DNA of 64,000 nt from Batkoa obscura (taxonomy: Eukaryota), in the NCBI GenBank assembly GCA_030770535.1, contig JASVEC010000018.1, positions 372,001 to 436,000 on the forward strand, read 5' to 3'. Positions 1-16,233 of the stretch are shown piece by piece. The notes under the pieces are model-generated. The model had not been told where the DNA came from, ran no database searches, and was given only the letters and a program-made list of their open reading frames with translations. The translations under genes were made by a program, and so were the position numbers. Every line of letters begins with the position of its first letter. Positions within the stretch are counted from its first letter, which is position 1.

Positions 1-48
1 TAAATTAAAATATTTAATTATTGGTTATATATTGATTATTTTATTTAG

Positions 49-576
49 TGTATTAAAAGCAAGTTGGTGGTAAGTGAAATGAATTAGTTATTATTGTTAT
101 TACTAATTATATTGTTATTTATATTATTATTTATATCAATAATATATTATTTTTAGTTACCTTAGTTCTAATAATACTAAATGCATTGATGGGCCATTTT
201 ATACTGGTAAGGAAAAATTATTATTTATACTGGAATTGAAAATAATGATAATTAATATTTTATTTATATATTAGTTATATTATTATTCTTATTTTACCCA
301 TTTTTATTATTGTATGTTCAAGGTTACTTTGAATTACAAAATTTAAAAAAATTATACCCATTTTTATTTGGCAGTAAGTGATTGATTTATCTTTTGTATT
401 GAGAAATTAATCTTTTATTTTATTTATAGAACCTAAATTAGAAATAGTTAAAAAAGAACCTAGTGAAAATGGTAAGTATTGAAACATTTATTAAGATAAA
501 TATTTTTAATTTTATTTTAGAAAAAATAATTGCTAATTCCAAATCTTTAAATGCCTATTTTAAAAATCCAGTATAA
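49..576 (+). CDS. 3' end of a multi-exon gene of unknown function (partial, begins before the window)
   Basis: Five short exons (about 49-69, 157-206, 323-373, 430-471, 521-576) bounded by GTAAG...AG splice in frame to VLKASWCYLSSNNTKCIDGPFYTGYFELQNLKKLYPFLFGKPKLEIVKKEPSENEKIIANSKSLNAYFKNPV*. Confidence 0.65.
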
Positions 577-775
577 ATATTAATTAAAACATAAAAAACA
601 AAATGTTTTTTTTTTAGAAATCTATATTCTATTCTACTCCATTCTATTGATTAATATTTATTAATAAATATTATATGAAAAAGTTGAATTTCAATAGAAA
701 GATATCAAATAGTTTTATTAAACTTCAAAATAAAAAACTAATAATCGAACTTTATCTTAATCCTTTTCTCTTTTT

Positions 776-4484
<3,709 letters not shown>

Positions 4485-5661
4485 TTTTTTTAAAATATTA
4501 ATTTAAAAAATAAAAATAAAAAAGTAATAGTGGTTTTTTTAGCTATTTATTCAAGTTGATAGATTTTATAGACCAATTAAATAATCGATTCGGGATTTAT
4601 TTTATTTAAAATGTGGCTTCTAAATTTTGATAAAGAAAATTGAGAATAATGTTTCAATTTCTTGGAATAAATGGGGACTAGCATTCTATTTATTACAATA
4701 AAATAGAAAGCTTTATTAAAATATTAAAAAAATCGTTTATTTTATATAAAAGTTAGCACTTTATAAATGAACATATTAATTTTGAAACTATTTTTCCCTT
4801 TTTCCCCTTTTTTTAACTCATCTCCATTATTGTTATTTTTCTAGTCCTTTTAGTATAAATCATATAAGAAAACTTCAATGTATTATGATAATAAAGAATT
4901 TAAGCTGGTTGTAAAATCTAAATAAAATAGAATCTAAAATCAGCTGATTAAAAATAAAATCAATGTGGTATTTTTTGATAATAATTTCGATTTATCCCTT
5001 TAGAATCTAAATTATCCGAAGAATCATAGGAAATTAAGGTTTTAAAACATAACAAAAGGAACAAGTAAAGAAATACAACAAGATTCAAATATATAAGATC
5101 AAGATGTATATACAATTCTAATAAGTCTAATACTTATTCTTTTTGATGACCCATTAATATTATTGATATTTGATTTTATCTAATTTTATTGTTTTATAAT
5201 TTATTGAGAATTCAATCTTAATGAAATCAAAAAGATTATTGAAATTACTATATTTGTATAAAAAAATCTTGAATTTACGCCACTTTTTTTTTCCAGTTTT
5301 TAATGTTTATTTTTACAACTATTGAGAGATAACAATAATGATAATAAAATAATAAATTCAAATTAATTATATAAAACATTAAATTCATGATATTTAATTT
5401 TTAAAAGCATTTTTATTATAAATAATTAGATTTTATAATCATTGCTTTATTTTTTTCAGCCTAAATAGTATAATTTAAGCTATCGGAAGTATTTTATATT
5501 TTCGACAAAATAAAACTATTATCTTATTAAATTTGCAGTATAACAATACAAGTGGTAGATGAGTTTTGTTATTTATTGATATTCAATATAGGTCAAAGTT
5601 TTATCTAATGAGTAAGAGTAGGGTTAAAATTGACAATAAAGTTTAATATCAATAGTTTACA

Positions 5662-5762
5662 TTGGGGATGTTTTTTTGGTTTCATTACTTTTTTCATTTT
5701 TAAGCACTATTTGAGCGGAAAGATTGTTAACGAAATTCTTAAACACAAAAAAACATCCCCAA
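5662..5762 (+). mobile_element. MITE copy (~104 bp, TIR TGGGGATGT(A/T)TTTT, TA target)
   Basis: TTGGGGATGTTTTT...AAAAACATCCCCAA with core AAGCACTATTTGAGCGGAAAG. Confidence 0.85.
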
Positions 5763-5797
5763 TTATTTATTTATTAATCAAATTCCAAGTATTTGAA

Positions 5798-5895
5798 TGT
5801 GGGGATGTATTTTTTGTTTGGTATTTCACTAATAATTTTTCATCTTAAATTGCACTTAAAAATGGGAAAAAAGAAATTAAAAAAACAGCTTCATA
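5798..5895 (-). mobile_element. MITE copy, degenerate
   Basis: GGGGATGTATTTTTTG start, core in reverse orientation, shares its TA with the next copy. Confidence 0.7.
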
Positions 5896-5998
5896 TGGGA
5901 GTGTTTTTTTTGACTTGATTATTTTTTTCATTTTTTAAGTGCTATTTGAGCGGGAAATTTATTAGTAAAACTCTCAAACACAAAAATACATCCCCATA
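5894..5998 (+). mobile_element. MITE copy
   Basis: TATGGGAGTG...AAAAATACATCCCCATA. Confidence 0.88.
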
Positions 5999-6368
5999 TC
6001 ATTTTATTCATTGATATAAAAAAGCTTACTTTTTTGCATTTCCATCTTAAATCGAAATCAACTTTCTGGAGAATTTAAAAAATTCTGAGTTTTCCAATTA
6101 AGAAATTTAAATTGTCAAGTTGACCCATTTTCAATAAAGCTAAATAAAATATCTATTCAAAATCAAAATAATGTTTCTTTGAAACATTATTTTATTGAAA
6201 CTGGATAATGTTAATTGTAAATAGTTTCTAATTAGAATTGTTTTTTATTTTTTGTTTTGAAATAGTCATACAGACAGTATATATAAGATCGTATATGATT
6301 CTAAAAAAGTATTACAAATAAATAGTAAACTCAAGAACAGATAACTAATCAGTAAATAAAAACTCAAT

Positions 6369-7028
6369 ATGACTTCCAAATCAACTGAATACATTTCTAA
6401 TTCTCATGATACTCCCTTACTCCATTTTTCAGGAGCTTCTTTAACATCTAATCCAATGTCACTCCAATATCCTTGTGGAGATCAAGAAGCTAAGGCCACT
6501 ATTATTTATCCAATATTAAAAACTGGATGTGTTATAAGAAGCATGGAGCTTACATATAAAAAAGATGAGAAAGTGGATAAAGCTTATAAATCAACTTATT
6601 ATTCTTTGACTACTGAATTAATGAATGAGAAGAATCAATTGTTGATGAAATTGACTAAAGCGGAGTTTGAATTATGGTATACAAACTATAATATTTACTA
6701 TTTAAGCGAAGGGAATGAAAGCAATGGGTATAAGGAAATCAGATTAATTAAAACAACAATTCAGATATTTCCTTGTTACACATTAAAAATGATTAAAATT
6801 GATGGGGAGATCCTAGAATTTGATTTTAAATCATTAAATTTAATGTGTTTTTCATGGGGAGTTTACAATAAAAGTACAGGAAGGGAAGTTTTAAGATATG
6901 AGAATAATTATTTCAAAGGGGGAAAATTGATTCTTTTCGAGGACTCAGGTATGTTAGATGTATTCTTTTTAATCATTTCCTTCCTTGCAATTCATTATGA
7001 ACCATTTAGAAGTAAGATGGAAAACTAA
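6369..7028 (+). CDS. Tubby-C/LURP-one/scramblase-like family member 1 (intronless)
   Basis: 219-aa ORF with TATATAA upstream; beta-strand pattern ending in hydrophobic helix DVFFLIISFLAIHYEP; clear paralog of 22995-23642. Confidence 0.75.
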   Translation: MTSKSTEYISNSHDTPLLHFSGASLTSNPMSLQYPCGDQEAKATIIYPILKTGCVIRSMELTYKKDEKVDKAYKSTYYSLTTELMNEKNQLLMKLTKAEFELWYTNYNIYYLSEGNESNGYKEIRLIKTTIQIFPCYTLKMIKIDGEILEFDFKSLNLMCFSWGVYNKSTGREVLRYENNYFKGGKLILFEDSGMLDVFFLIISFLAIHYEPFRSKMEN

Positions 7029-7474
7029 ATTAGGTTTTATACAAGTAGTTAACACTACTTCTTATATTTTGTGGATGTGAAATAAACAAATAAACAAATA
7101 AACTATGACTATCTTTTATATGCTTTTTTATGAGTGATGATCTATCTGTAAATTGTTTGTTTAAAATTGTTTTCAACTCATCAGTAATAAGTATTAATAT
7201 AAGTCAAATAAAATATCTGATTATTAATAGATTATAAAAATAATTTTTTGAACTTTTTTAAATTACCTTATGCAAACTTTAGAAATTATTTTTGTTGATA
7301 ATTTTTAATAATATAAACCAAAACTTTATATCCCTAGTTTGGTTTTTATTTGTAATAACTATAGAGCTAACTAAAGTCAGAAAAAAAATAAACAATTATA
7401 TAAATCCTGGTATAATATTTTTAATAATAATATGATTAACATGAATTAGAAAATTATAAATATATAAAACAAGA

Positions 7475-7578
7475 TATGGGGATGTTTTTTTTTATTTCAT
7501 TATTTTTTCCATTTTTTAAGCGCTATTTGAGTGGAAAGATTGTTGGTAAAATTCTTGAACACAAAAATACATCCCCAT
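7475..7578 (+). mobile_element. MITE copy, abutting a solo LTR
   Basis: TATGGGGATG...AAAAATACATCCCCAT. Confidence 0.88.
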
Positions 7579-8042
7579 TGTGAAATATCGCTTTGTCAGT
7601 CCCATGGTTAATTATAGCACAATAATTGCCTAAGCTGTTGTGTTCTCGAGTTCAGAGAAAATCAATCCCACGCTCTTAGTTTGATTTGTTATGAGAATTT
7701 CTAGCTCCATCCCAAAGAATATTACCTTCTCATTTTGATATTTATACTTATTGAAGTATAAAAGAGATTCTAAAATATAGTAACTCGAGGCTTTTTAACT
7801 GAATTATTTCCTGATATCTCATACATTTAATAAAGTCACTAAGTTCTCTCAATAGTATTTTACGTAGATTTTACATTAGTATTGTCTATTTTATCTGTCT
7901 TATATAGCTTGTAACCTATTACGTGTTGTTCCTCATAATCCAAGTCTATCTTAGTCACATAAACTAAGACCTTTCGACTTATAGTGTAGTCAACCCAGAA
8001 ATAGCTGTTCTTGACTCCAAACCCTGAATACCAGATTTCACA
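7579..8042 (+). mobile_element. Solo LTR of an LTR retrotransposon (copy 1)
   Basis: 464 bp with TGTGAAAT...ATTTCACA inverted termini (TG..CA), internal TATAAAA and AATAAA; homologous to 29955-30419. Confidence 0.75.
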
Positions 8043-8243
8043 TTACCATAAATTAAGAAATTAAACAAAGATACTATTAACATCTTAAATATAACAAAAA
8101 ACAAAAAGCTAATATATAAATAAACTATTAATATTTTTTATTAAGTAATTAAAGCTAAGATACCATATTATTTAAAAACTAATAAATATTTTGATTTAGA
8201 TTGTTATTATAATATATTACCAAATTACTCATATTAAGCAATA

Positions 8244-8350
8244 TATGGGGATGTTTTTCTGTGTTTAAGGATTTTACTAACAATCTTTCCACTTAAATAG
8301 TGCTTAAAAAATGGAAAAAATAATGAAATAAAAAAAAACACTCACATGTA
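8244..8350 (-). mobile_element. MITE copy
   Basis: TATGGGGATGTTTTTCTGTGTTTAAG...AAAAACACTCACAT. Confidence 0.85.
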
Positions 8351-9200
8351 ATGCCTTTGGTAAAAGGGTTTATAGAAAAAAAGAAAATGAGTACTGTTGT
8401 TAATTTCAATAACCTAAAAAAGAATGTGCATAGTAAAACAGTAAGTCAAGGTGTACAAAATCTTATTCATGATTATATAACAAGAAATTATGATACTATA
8501 GTGAGTCAAATAAAAGGCTTTCTATTAACAAAAAAATCGATATAAACAAACTTGCAATAGGTATAATGAAACATAAGGTGTATCTTATACATAAACAAGG
8601 AGCTCAAATTAAAAAAGTATCGAATAGTAAGGAAACAATGTTAAAATGAAAACAGTATATCAATGAATAAAAAAGATTAGTACCATGTGAATTTATTTAT
8701 ACTGATGAGATTTATTTCAATCGACATACTATCAGTCAAACTGGACGTGGGGCTGAAGAACCAAAAGTCTTATTAGCACCAGAATCTGATCATAAGAGTA
8801 ATAAATATGTTCTAGCTATATCCAAATTGAGGATCGAAGGTTATAAAATAATTGATAAGTCGAAGATATTTAATAATATTTACGACGACTTTGGATACTT
8901 TATGTATGAACTTTATTTAAAAAGTAAACATAAACGAAGCGTATATTTATTTAACAACGCAAACACAGACGTTATTTCTAATAAGCTAAAAAAGTCGATT
9001 CGATCTTGTAATTCATTTAACTTTACCAGAATATTCAGTATTTTTGAGCCCACTTGACTTGTTTTTTAATGCCTTAAAATTACAAATTAATAATTTACCA
9101 CATGATAATAATTCAGATGTCATTAAAAATATAGTTAAAGTTCAAAGCTAAGTTGAGGATGCTCGACATTGTGAGAATTGCTTTCAACAGGCAGGAAATT
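8351..9200 (+). pseudogene. Decayed IS630/Tc1-mariner (DDE_3-type) transposase
   Basis: Fragments in several frames: FIYTDEIYFN (~8692), VYLFNNANT (~8941), TLPEYSVFLSPLDLFFNALK (~9020), resembling the xDE, DNA and LPxYSPxLNPIE motifs; multiple stops and frameshifts. Confidence 0.7.
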
Positions 9201-9975
9201 ATACTTCTCCATGTGAAAATAATTCCATGTTTAAAGATAACATTTTTGAACCGGACACTTTATAACTAAAAGACATAGCGGAAAGATGTACTGAAAATAT
9301 AATGAGCTGTTAAATAAAAATCTAAAAAATAGGAAGAAAAAAAAGCGAAAATGAGTAGATTTATTTTGACCTTAATTTCCAATCTATTATTATAGCAATG
9401 TATTGGTTGTTTTATAATAATGAATATTTTAGGATTGCCCAAAATTAAAAAATGGTTTTTCAGTGAGCTATAAAGATTTTGTGATTACTTTACTCAACAT
9501 CTGAAAAAAGGCATAGTTTACAGCTTATGCATTTGTTAAAACTAAAACCAAAATAAAATAATGAATTGTAGACTAAATTAGAGATTAGTAGCACCAGGAG
9601 CGCTAAAAATGAAAAGGTTTGTGCTATCACTATCCAAGTAATAGTAACTAGAGAGATAGAATAAATTGGAAAATCAACATTATCAATCGATCAAAACTGC
9701 TTCAAATTTTTCTTACTCAATATACTAATACGATATCCTAATCTCGGTTGGCATTGGGGATCAAATAATTACCGAATAATGAAATAACAGCCTAATAAAG
9801 AGTTGTTATAGCATTATCATGCCTCTTAAAATTCAATACATAGTTGTCCTTAATTTGAGATGCTTTTTTAACCATAGTAGCTTCTTGATAGTGTTTTGAA
9901 TTTTTTCATAATAAGTGAGATCCCAAGTAGTACTAGTAAAGTCAAGTCTGAGCCCTTAATGTTCCAATTTCAAAA

Positions 9976-10077
9976 TATGGTGGTATTTTTTTTGATTTCT
10001 ATTTTTCCATTTTTTAAGCACTATTTGAGCGGAAGCATTGTTAGTAAAATTCTTAAACAGAAAAATACATCCACGTA
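9976..10077 (+). mobile_element. MITE copy
   Basis: Core AAGCACTATTTGAGCGGAAG, ends AAAAATACATCCACGTA. Confidence 0.85.
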
Positions 10078-11030
10078 TGTTGACCTAAGGGTAAATCAAG
10101 AAATTTGGAAAAATTTTAAGAGATTTTGAAATTATAAACTTGTTTCGTTTGGTCATTTTTGAGCCCGGATATTTTGGTTAAAAACTCTACTTTATCTATT
10201 GCATAAGTGATTTGTTCATTTCCAGTCCTATTACTATTCATATTACCTCCTATCGCTTCATGTAGTTAGGCGGTATTTAATATCCGTTATTATTAGATCT
10301 ATTTGGTTCAAAGCTCGTTTTGTTTTTATCTAATAGTATAAGACTAATATGTTTATGTTGCTATTTAGTAATATATACTTAATTAAACTTCTCTTTCTTT
10401 ATTTTATAGGCCAGATACATAATTATTGGACTAATACTCTAACTAATTGCTATCTTCGATTACAATTCTACGACCCATTTGTTTAATGTCGTAATATTTT
10501 ATAATTTAGTGATATTTTTTATTTTAAACAAAAAGATCAGTAAATCCTTTACGCCATTGTAACTCTATTGGGTCCTAGCTAATAGACTATTAAGAGATGA
10601 TCCATGTTGAAGCTCTTCTATAATGATGGTATTTATGCTTTGATAAATTAAAATAATAGCCTAATTAAAAGAAATAGAGATAAAAAAGTCCCAAAAAAAG
10701 TTGTAACAGCTATATATATATATATATTTAAATTGCCTACCCAAATGAGGATACGCCGCAACGTTTATGTAAACCGAACCTCAATACTTTGTCTATTTTG
10801 TTATATAAAAATAGTTAATACCATAGTATTCATATTTTTAAATACTTGAAAGCGTAAAGATGACAGAGTGTTCTTAAGATTATGCCCTCAACACTAAAGC
10901 TGTTTAAATGCTATTCTATAGTAGATTGATATATATTTCATATATAAGGATACTTTTTATCTAGTATTGCTCAAATTTTAAGTATATATTATGTTATATC
11001 ATAATCAGATCAAATATGGATTGATAAATA

Positions 11031-11132
11031 TATGTATATGTTTTTTTTGGCTTCATTACTTTTTCTATTTTTAAGCACTATTTAAATGGAAAAACCATCA
11101 GTAAAACTCTTTAAAAAAAGTACATTCCTATA
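11031..11132 (+). mobile_element. MITE copy, diverged
   Basis: GGCTTCATTACTTTTTCTATTTTTAAGCACTATTTAAATGG core. Confidence 0.75.
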
Positions 11133-12042
11133 TATTGTTTGAACTTAATATCTCATATAGTCCATTTTGCTTTACGTCTAAATTTTAATCAAAGTCAGAA
11201 TTTTTAGTATCCTTATAATAGATATGATAATATACAATAAAGTAATTTATTAAAGTTGTCAAGTATTAAAAGGTGCAAACTTAGGGATAAGTGTGATGTT
11301 AATAAAAGTTAGAAATATTGTATTTTAAAGATTATTTTGTTATGTTGAGTTTTCTATTTTTTTTATTTTTATAGATATAAATTTAAAAAAAAACCAAAAG
11401 CTGAGTATTAAAATAAAAAGAACTTGTAAATATTTGATTCGATTATTAACACTTAATTATTTATCCTGACTAAATCTATATTAGTTTCACTTAAATGCCT
11501 CACTGTATTTCTCCTGATGGTTGGGCTCTTCATAGGCTTTTTTTAGAATTACCAGTTTTCTGCTTTATCGAAATTTATTAACATCCTTTTATTTCTCTTT
11601 TTTACCTTTGTTCTTACGTGTTGCATTTTCTAGTACCCTTACTGCTTTTCCACCATTATCTCTGACTTTGAAAACCATTATCCGATTCACTGGCCTCTGG
11701 GCTCCATATTGATAGTTTAGCGCTCTACATTCAATCAACCCAATAATATTTCATTGCTTCCCAATTCCATCCCTTATTCTATTGTTAGAAGCCTTTTCGA
11801 GAAAAAGGTAAAAAAGATTTTATTTCACCTCTCCGACTTCTTATAAAAGTAGGAATTTATCAAACTCAGCTCTTATCTTACTAGGTGGTTTTCTCTCAAT
11901 AATTTAGTCTCTTAATTTACTAACTTAATTTTCTATTGTTTTTAGTTGATAAAAGACTTAAAGCTACAGCTCTTTGAAAAAAAAAATTATTATTTTATAG
12001 TAGCTTACTACATAGCATATTTTTTATAATTTGCTTAAAAAA

Positions 12043-12147
12043 TATGGGGATGTATTTTTTTGCTTAATAGTTTTACTAATAATCTTTCTGCTCAAATAGC
12101 GACTGAAAAATGGAAAAAGTTATGAAACCAAAAAAAACAACCCCATA
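12043..12147 (-). mobile_element. MITE copy
   Basis: TATGGGGATGTA...AAAAACAACCCCATA. Confidence 0.88.
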
Positions 12148-12229
12148 TGTTATTTTATTAATTCGCAAAAGTTGAAGATGAAAATAATTATACGCACTGC
12201 TAAATTTAAATGATTCTACCTTTATTAAA

Positions 12230-12800
12230 AGTTATTCGATATGACTATAGCATATTTAATGTGTAAATTAAACTTATAAACAATTTACGCTATAAAAAAC
12301 GCCACTTCTAATAATATTATTTGAGCTATTATAACAAAACACTAGAGGGTTTTGGCATTGAGTACATTTAACAATTTTAGTCATTTGACGAGAGATTGAG
12401 CTTCCAAAAACTTTATTATCTAAATAGCTATAAGGAGAAATATTCGATTGTTTAGGTATTGTATTTCAAAATGTTATACTACTTTGTAAGGTAATTCAAT
12501 ACGTTTCAAAAAGTTTATTACATCTTTACAAACCAGAGCGGCGAATTTAAATTACTTATTTACTATTTAAAGTCAGCTCAACTTGACAAGCTTTTACAAC
12601 TGTTAAAATTCAAATTCCGACCTTAAAATATCTTTGTCAGTAATTGTCAGATTGTATTTTTTCAAAGGCTAAATCCCTTGAGCTTTAGTGAGATTTATCT
12701 CTAAACTTTTACTTCTGAACGAACAGTTAATCCGCTGAGCATTTGAACTTCATCGGTTCTAAGGTTCTAAAAAATATGGTTGAACTAACACTCAAAACAT
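12230..12800 (-). pseudogene. Possible highly decayed Tubby-like family relic
   Basis: Hand translation gives KYNLTITDKDILRSEFEF, VI*IRRSGL and QNPLVFCYN in the order of the family motifs; many stops. Confidence 0.3.
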
Positions 12801-12980
12801 TGAAATAAAGGCTAACTTTTCAGTCAACAAAAAATAGCAATTTGAGTAAAAAATTGGTTTTTTGCTCAATTTTGAAATTTCAATAGAAAATCGGTGAATA
12901 TAAGTTTGACCACAAGCTTTTCTAAATAGAAATCATCTAAAAAATCTCGAAGGCAAAGGACTATAAATACAAATAAAAAC

Positions 12981-13799
12981 ATGAGTTTAAAAATTACAAA
13001 TAATATGAACATAAATATGAACAAAAAAGAAAAAGTCGGTTTTAATAATAATAATTTAAATGAATTTGACAATAATCTAAATGAGTTCCTGCCTAGTTAT
13101 AATGAAAGCTTAACCCCAGAGTCAAGTACAAGAGGAATAATAATAAATACAAACAATTTTCCAGAACCAAATATAAGAGCCCCAGGGATAGATATGAATA
13201 GTTTTATACAGCCAAATTCAGAAGATTCAGGAATGAATATAAATAACTACAGGTTAATTCAAACTAGATATGATGTTAGCATAGATGGGCTTCGTAAGAA
13301 AAAAGTCGGCTTCAAGGATAACCAAACTGGGCAAGTATACAATTACAAAGTTACAGAAAAAAAAGCTAAATATAGAGGAGATAGTAGAAAAACAGTGATT
13401 AAACTTAAGCGTAATAAAAAAATTTCAAAGACTGGTAACTGGATGATAGACTGTAAGAAGAAACATGAGGGAAGATATAAAGATATAACATTATTTAAAG
13501 ATTCGGTTAATTCAGTTCCAAGGTATACTATAGGTTTTAGAAGATCAGATAATCAAATCATGAATCTATATTGGACCACGGAATCTATCATGAATAATAA
13601 TTGGTGCTTATTTGATGTTAATTTTAATAAGCTTATGGAATATAACATTCAAACATTTAAACATAATTCTTTAAGCCAATTCTGTTTTATTGATGAAGTT
13701 GACAAACAACTTTTTTTATTGGTTTTAGCTTTTGTTATCGTAAATTATGGATCTGATAATATGGGAGATTCCTCTAGTGATGATAGTGACAGTTCTTAA
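12981..13799 (+). CDS. Tubby-C/LURP-one/scramblase-like family member 2
   Basis: 272 aa, LPSY motif, TATAAA upstream, LYWTT...NNWCLFD...LMEY...FKHNSLSQ...QLFLLVLAFVIV; paralog of 16234-16896. Confidence 0.78.
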   Translation: MSLKITNNMNINMNKKEKVGFNNNNLNEFDNNLNEFLPSYNESLTPESSTRGIIINTNNFPEPNIRAPGIDMNSFIQPNSEDSGMNINNYRLIQTRYDVSIDGLRKKKVGFKDNQTGQVYNYKVTEKKAKYRGDSRKTVIKLKRNKKISKTGNWMIDCKKKHEGRYKDITLFKDSVNSVPRYTIGFRRSDNQIMNLYWTTESIMNNNWCLFDVNFNKLMEYNIQTFKHNSLSQFCFIDEVDKQLFLLVLAFVIVNYGSDNMGDSSSDDSDSS

Positions 13800-14169
13800 T
13801 TTAGTATTTTAACCATTTATATTAATAAATTTCCTTATATACAGTATCAAATAAACGTTTGAGCGTTCAATATCCCTATTTCATAAATGTATAGTTGAAG
13901 CAAGATATGATTAAGATAAATAAAACAATAAAGTAGTTATATTATACCATCAGTAAACTACAGTTATTTTAATGTATTGTATTTGGTTGTGTTGTCATTT
14001 TACATTATAGAACCTTAGATCCAAAAATAAACTTATAATTTAAGTCATAAATAAAAAGCTTGTTTATTCCAATCAGCTGAACAAACAGGGATACAAACAA
14101 CAACTTAAAAACTTTAAATCCATGGTTAACTATTTTTGATTTATAATATAAAACCAATCTTAAATTTAA

Positions 14170-14802
14170 ATGAGTAGTGCTGTAGAATCTGCTTCAAACT
14201 TGCCAATTGATACTAACCATCCTCCGCGTTATAGTATGGTACTTGAAAATGATATTGAAATTCAACAAACAGAGGAAGAGGAATTCGAAAACATAATAGA
14301 ACCAACTAAATTTCAACTTAGTAGATCGAAGTATATTAGAAGGGAAGTATGTTGCACCAGTCTAGATGAAAGTCAGGTGTATTATATAAGTGTAGTAAAA
14401 GAATCAGCTAAGTTGATAAGTAAAGAAAGGCAAACAATATTAAAATTAAGTGAGATTAAAAGTGGTTTTCGAGGGACAGCATGGAGAATAATACCTATCT
14501 ACGAGGATTTAATAGATACCTTAGAAGTACTATTTGGGATGAGTAAGTTTTCTGAGATCGATTCTCTTGATGTTAAGATTATAAAGAGAGATGGAAACGT
14601 GTTCAAATATCAAGTAGCCAAAAAAGCTTTCTCTTACACTAGATATAAATTGATTGATATAAGATATCCAGAACAAAAAGTATTGGAGTTTCGAACATCT
14701 TTATTTGGTCCTAATTCTATTAAGTTATATACTCCTGTAAGCAAGGAGGATTTCGAAATATTTCTTTTAGCTATTATTTTTTTTGTTACATATAAAAATT
14801 AA
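14170..14802 (+). CDS. Tubby-C/LURP-one/scramblase-like family member 3
   Basis: 210 aa, PPRY motif, C-terminal EDFEIFLLAIIFFV helix. Confidence 0.75.
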   Translation: MSSAVESASNLPIDTNHPPRYSMVLENDIEIQQTEEEEFENIIEPTKFQLSRSKYIRREVCCTSLDESQVYYISVVKESAKLISKERQTILKLSEIKSGFRGTAWRIIPIYEDLIDTLEVLFGMSKFSEIDSLDVKIIKRDGNVFKYQVAKKAFSYTRYKLIDIRYPEQKVLEFRTSLFGPNSIKLYTPVSKEDFEIFLLAIIFFVTYKN

Positions 14803-14887
14803 CATTGATTTTTATTTGTAATATTTTAGTCTAGTTATTAATAAAGTAAACATCAAACAATTTAAATCCCGATTTTCGATAATCAAA

Positions 14888-14982
14888 TAGAGATGTGTTT
14901 TTAAGAATTTCAGCAACGATTTTTCCACTCAATAACACTTAAGAAACAGAAAAGTGACGAAACCAAAAAAATATGCCCAATA
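14888..14982 (-). mobile_element. MITE copy, diverged
   Basis: TTTAAGAATTTCAGCAACGATTTTTCCACTCAA...GAAACCAAAAAA. Confidence 0.7.
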
Positions 14983-15029
14983 TTAAAATATACAACTTTA
15001 GTATTTGACTATAATTATTAATAAACTCA

Positions 15030-15270
15030 TGGTGACAGAGTTTTTATAGCTTTATAAGTTAAAATAAATATAGTTCATTCTATTTTTTAAAAACACCTAA
15101 TATTGACTACTTCTTTTCTGATTATACTAAAAATTGAATCAATTCTAAAAGTGTGTATTTAAAAAATACACTGTAATACAATGAGAAGCAGCAGACATTC
15201 ATACTATTTTTAAACTAACCTTAGGGAACTAATACTAATTATAATGTCATCAAATGAAGAAAATGAATAA
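15030..15270 (+). pseudogene. Possible relic 3' fragment of the Tubby-like family
   Basis: Reads VFKKYTVIQ*EAADIHTIF (compare MFKKNTLKQ...DLPIY) with a TTSFL segment upstream. Confidence 0.28.
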
Positions 15271-16233
15271 ACAAATTTGTTTGTTTAACTGATAAATCGT
15301 TTGCTATTTTATTATTATTAAAGTATAATTAAAGCTAAGTAAAATAATACTTTCTTAATAGGCGAATTAATCCAATAGCTCATAAAATTTCTCAAAAGCA
15401 ATACTTTATTAATATACTTTAAATATATAGCTTTTATTTATCACTTAATAGATTCTGTTAGAGTCTTTCAAATACTTTAATTTCTAAAAAAAAGCAAGCA
15501 TCAAAATTAAAATACAACCAATCCCTTCTCTTCCTCTAGATCTCGTTAACTGAGTCAGTCCCAAACTCCCATTAGTATATGGTGCTTTGCCCACTTAGCT
15601 CCTGCTTCTTTTTCTACCATTTCACGCTTTAAATCTATTCAAGCTTTTTGTTTTCGTTGCTCCACTTTGGGCCTTGCACCTCTCCATATATCTATTTGAT
15701 GCCCAGTAGCTATTACGCTCTGAACTGCATTTTCTCTTCCCTTGGTTTAAACTTCAATCTATTTTCGTATAATTATTCTTTTACTCCGTTTTTTCCTCAA
15801 ATTATGAGGTACCCTCCTTTGATTAGAGCCTTTGTCCTGTGAGCAGGATTACTGGCCATACACAAAAGTTTCACTGATTCTTAAGTTGGACTCATCACCT
15901 TCCTATACCTTTCTCTTCAACCCCATTACTCTGCCCATTCAATTGAAAACCCTATAGAAATTGGAATAAAAATGGACCTCATTTTGTCATCCTCAATCTA
16001 CAAAAGACAAATGGGGTCTAGACTTAATATCTATTCTTCCAAAAAGGCCCATGAAACGTGAAGTCCCTAGAGCTAATTGACTTTGGTATTAATATACTTT
16101 AATTTAGCTAATAAAATACTTGAGCCATAAGCCTTTCAAGAGAAAAAAAAATCAAAGTACAGGTTATGATATTTTATTATAGCATATAACTTAATAAAAA
16201 ATAAATATTAGAGTATTTGGATAGACGATAAAA

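Noticed and set aside
5630..5848. Short ORFs sharing FKHYLSGKIV..ILKHK (also 9896-10129 and 56470-56655)
   Set aside because: Chance read-through of MITE copies, not a peptide family
5662..5998. CRISPR-like or regularly spaced repeat array
   Set aside because: Repeats are ~104-bp TIR elements in mixed orientation with irregular spacing; eukaryotic context and no cas genes
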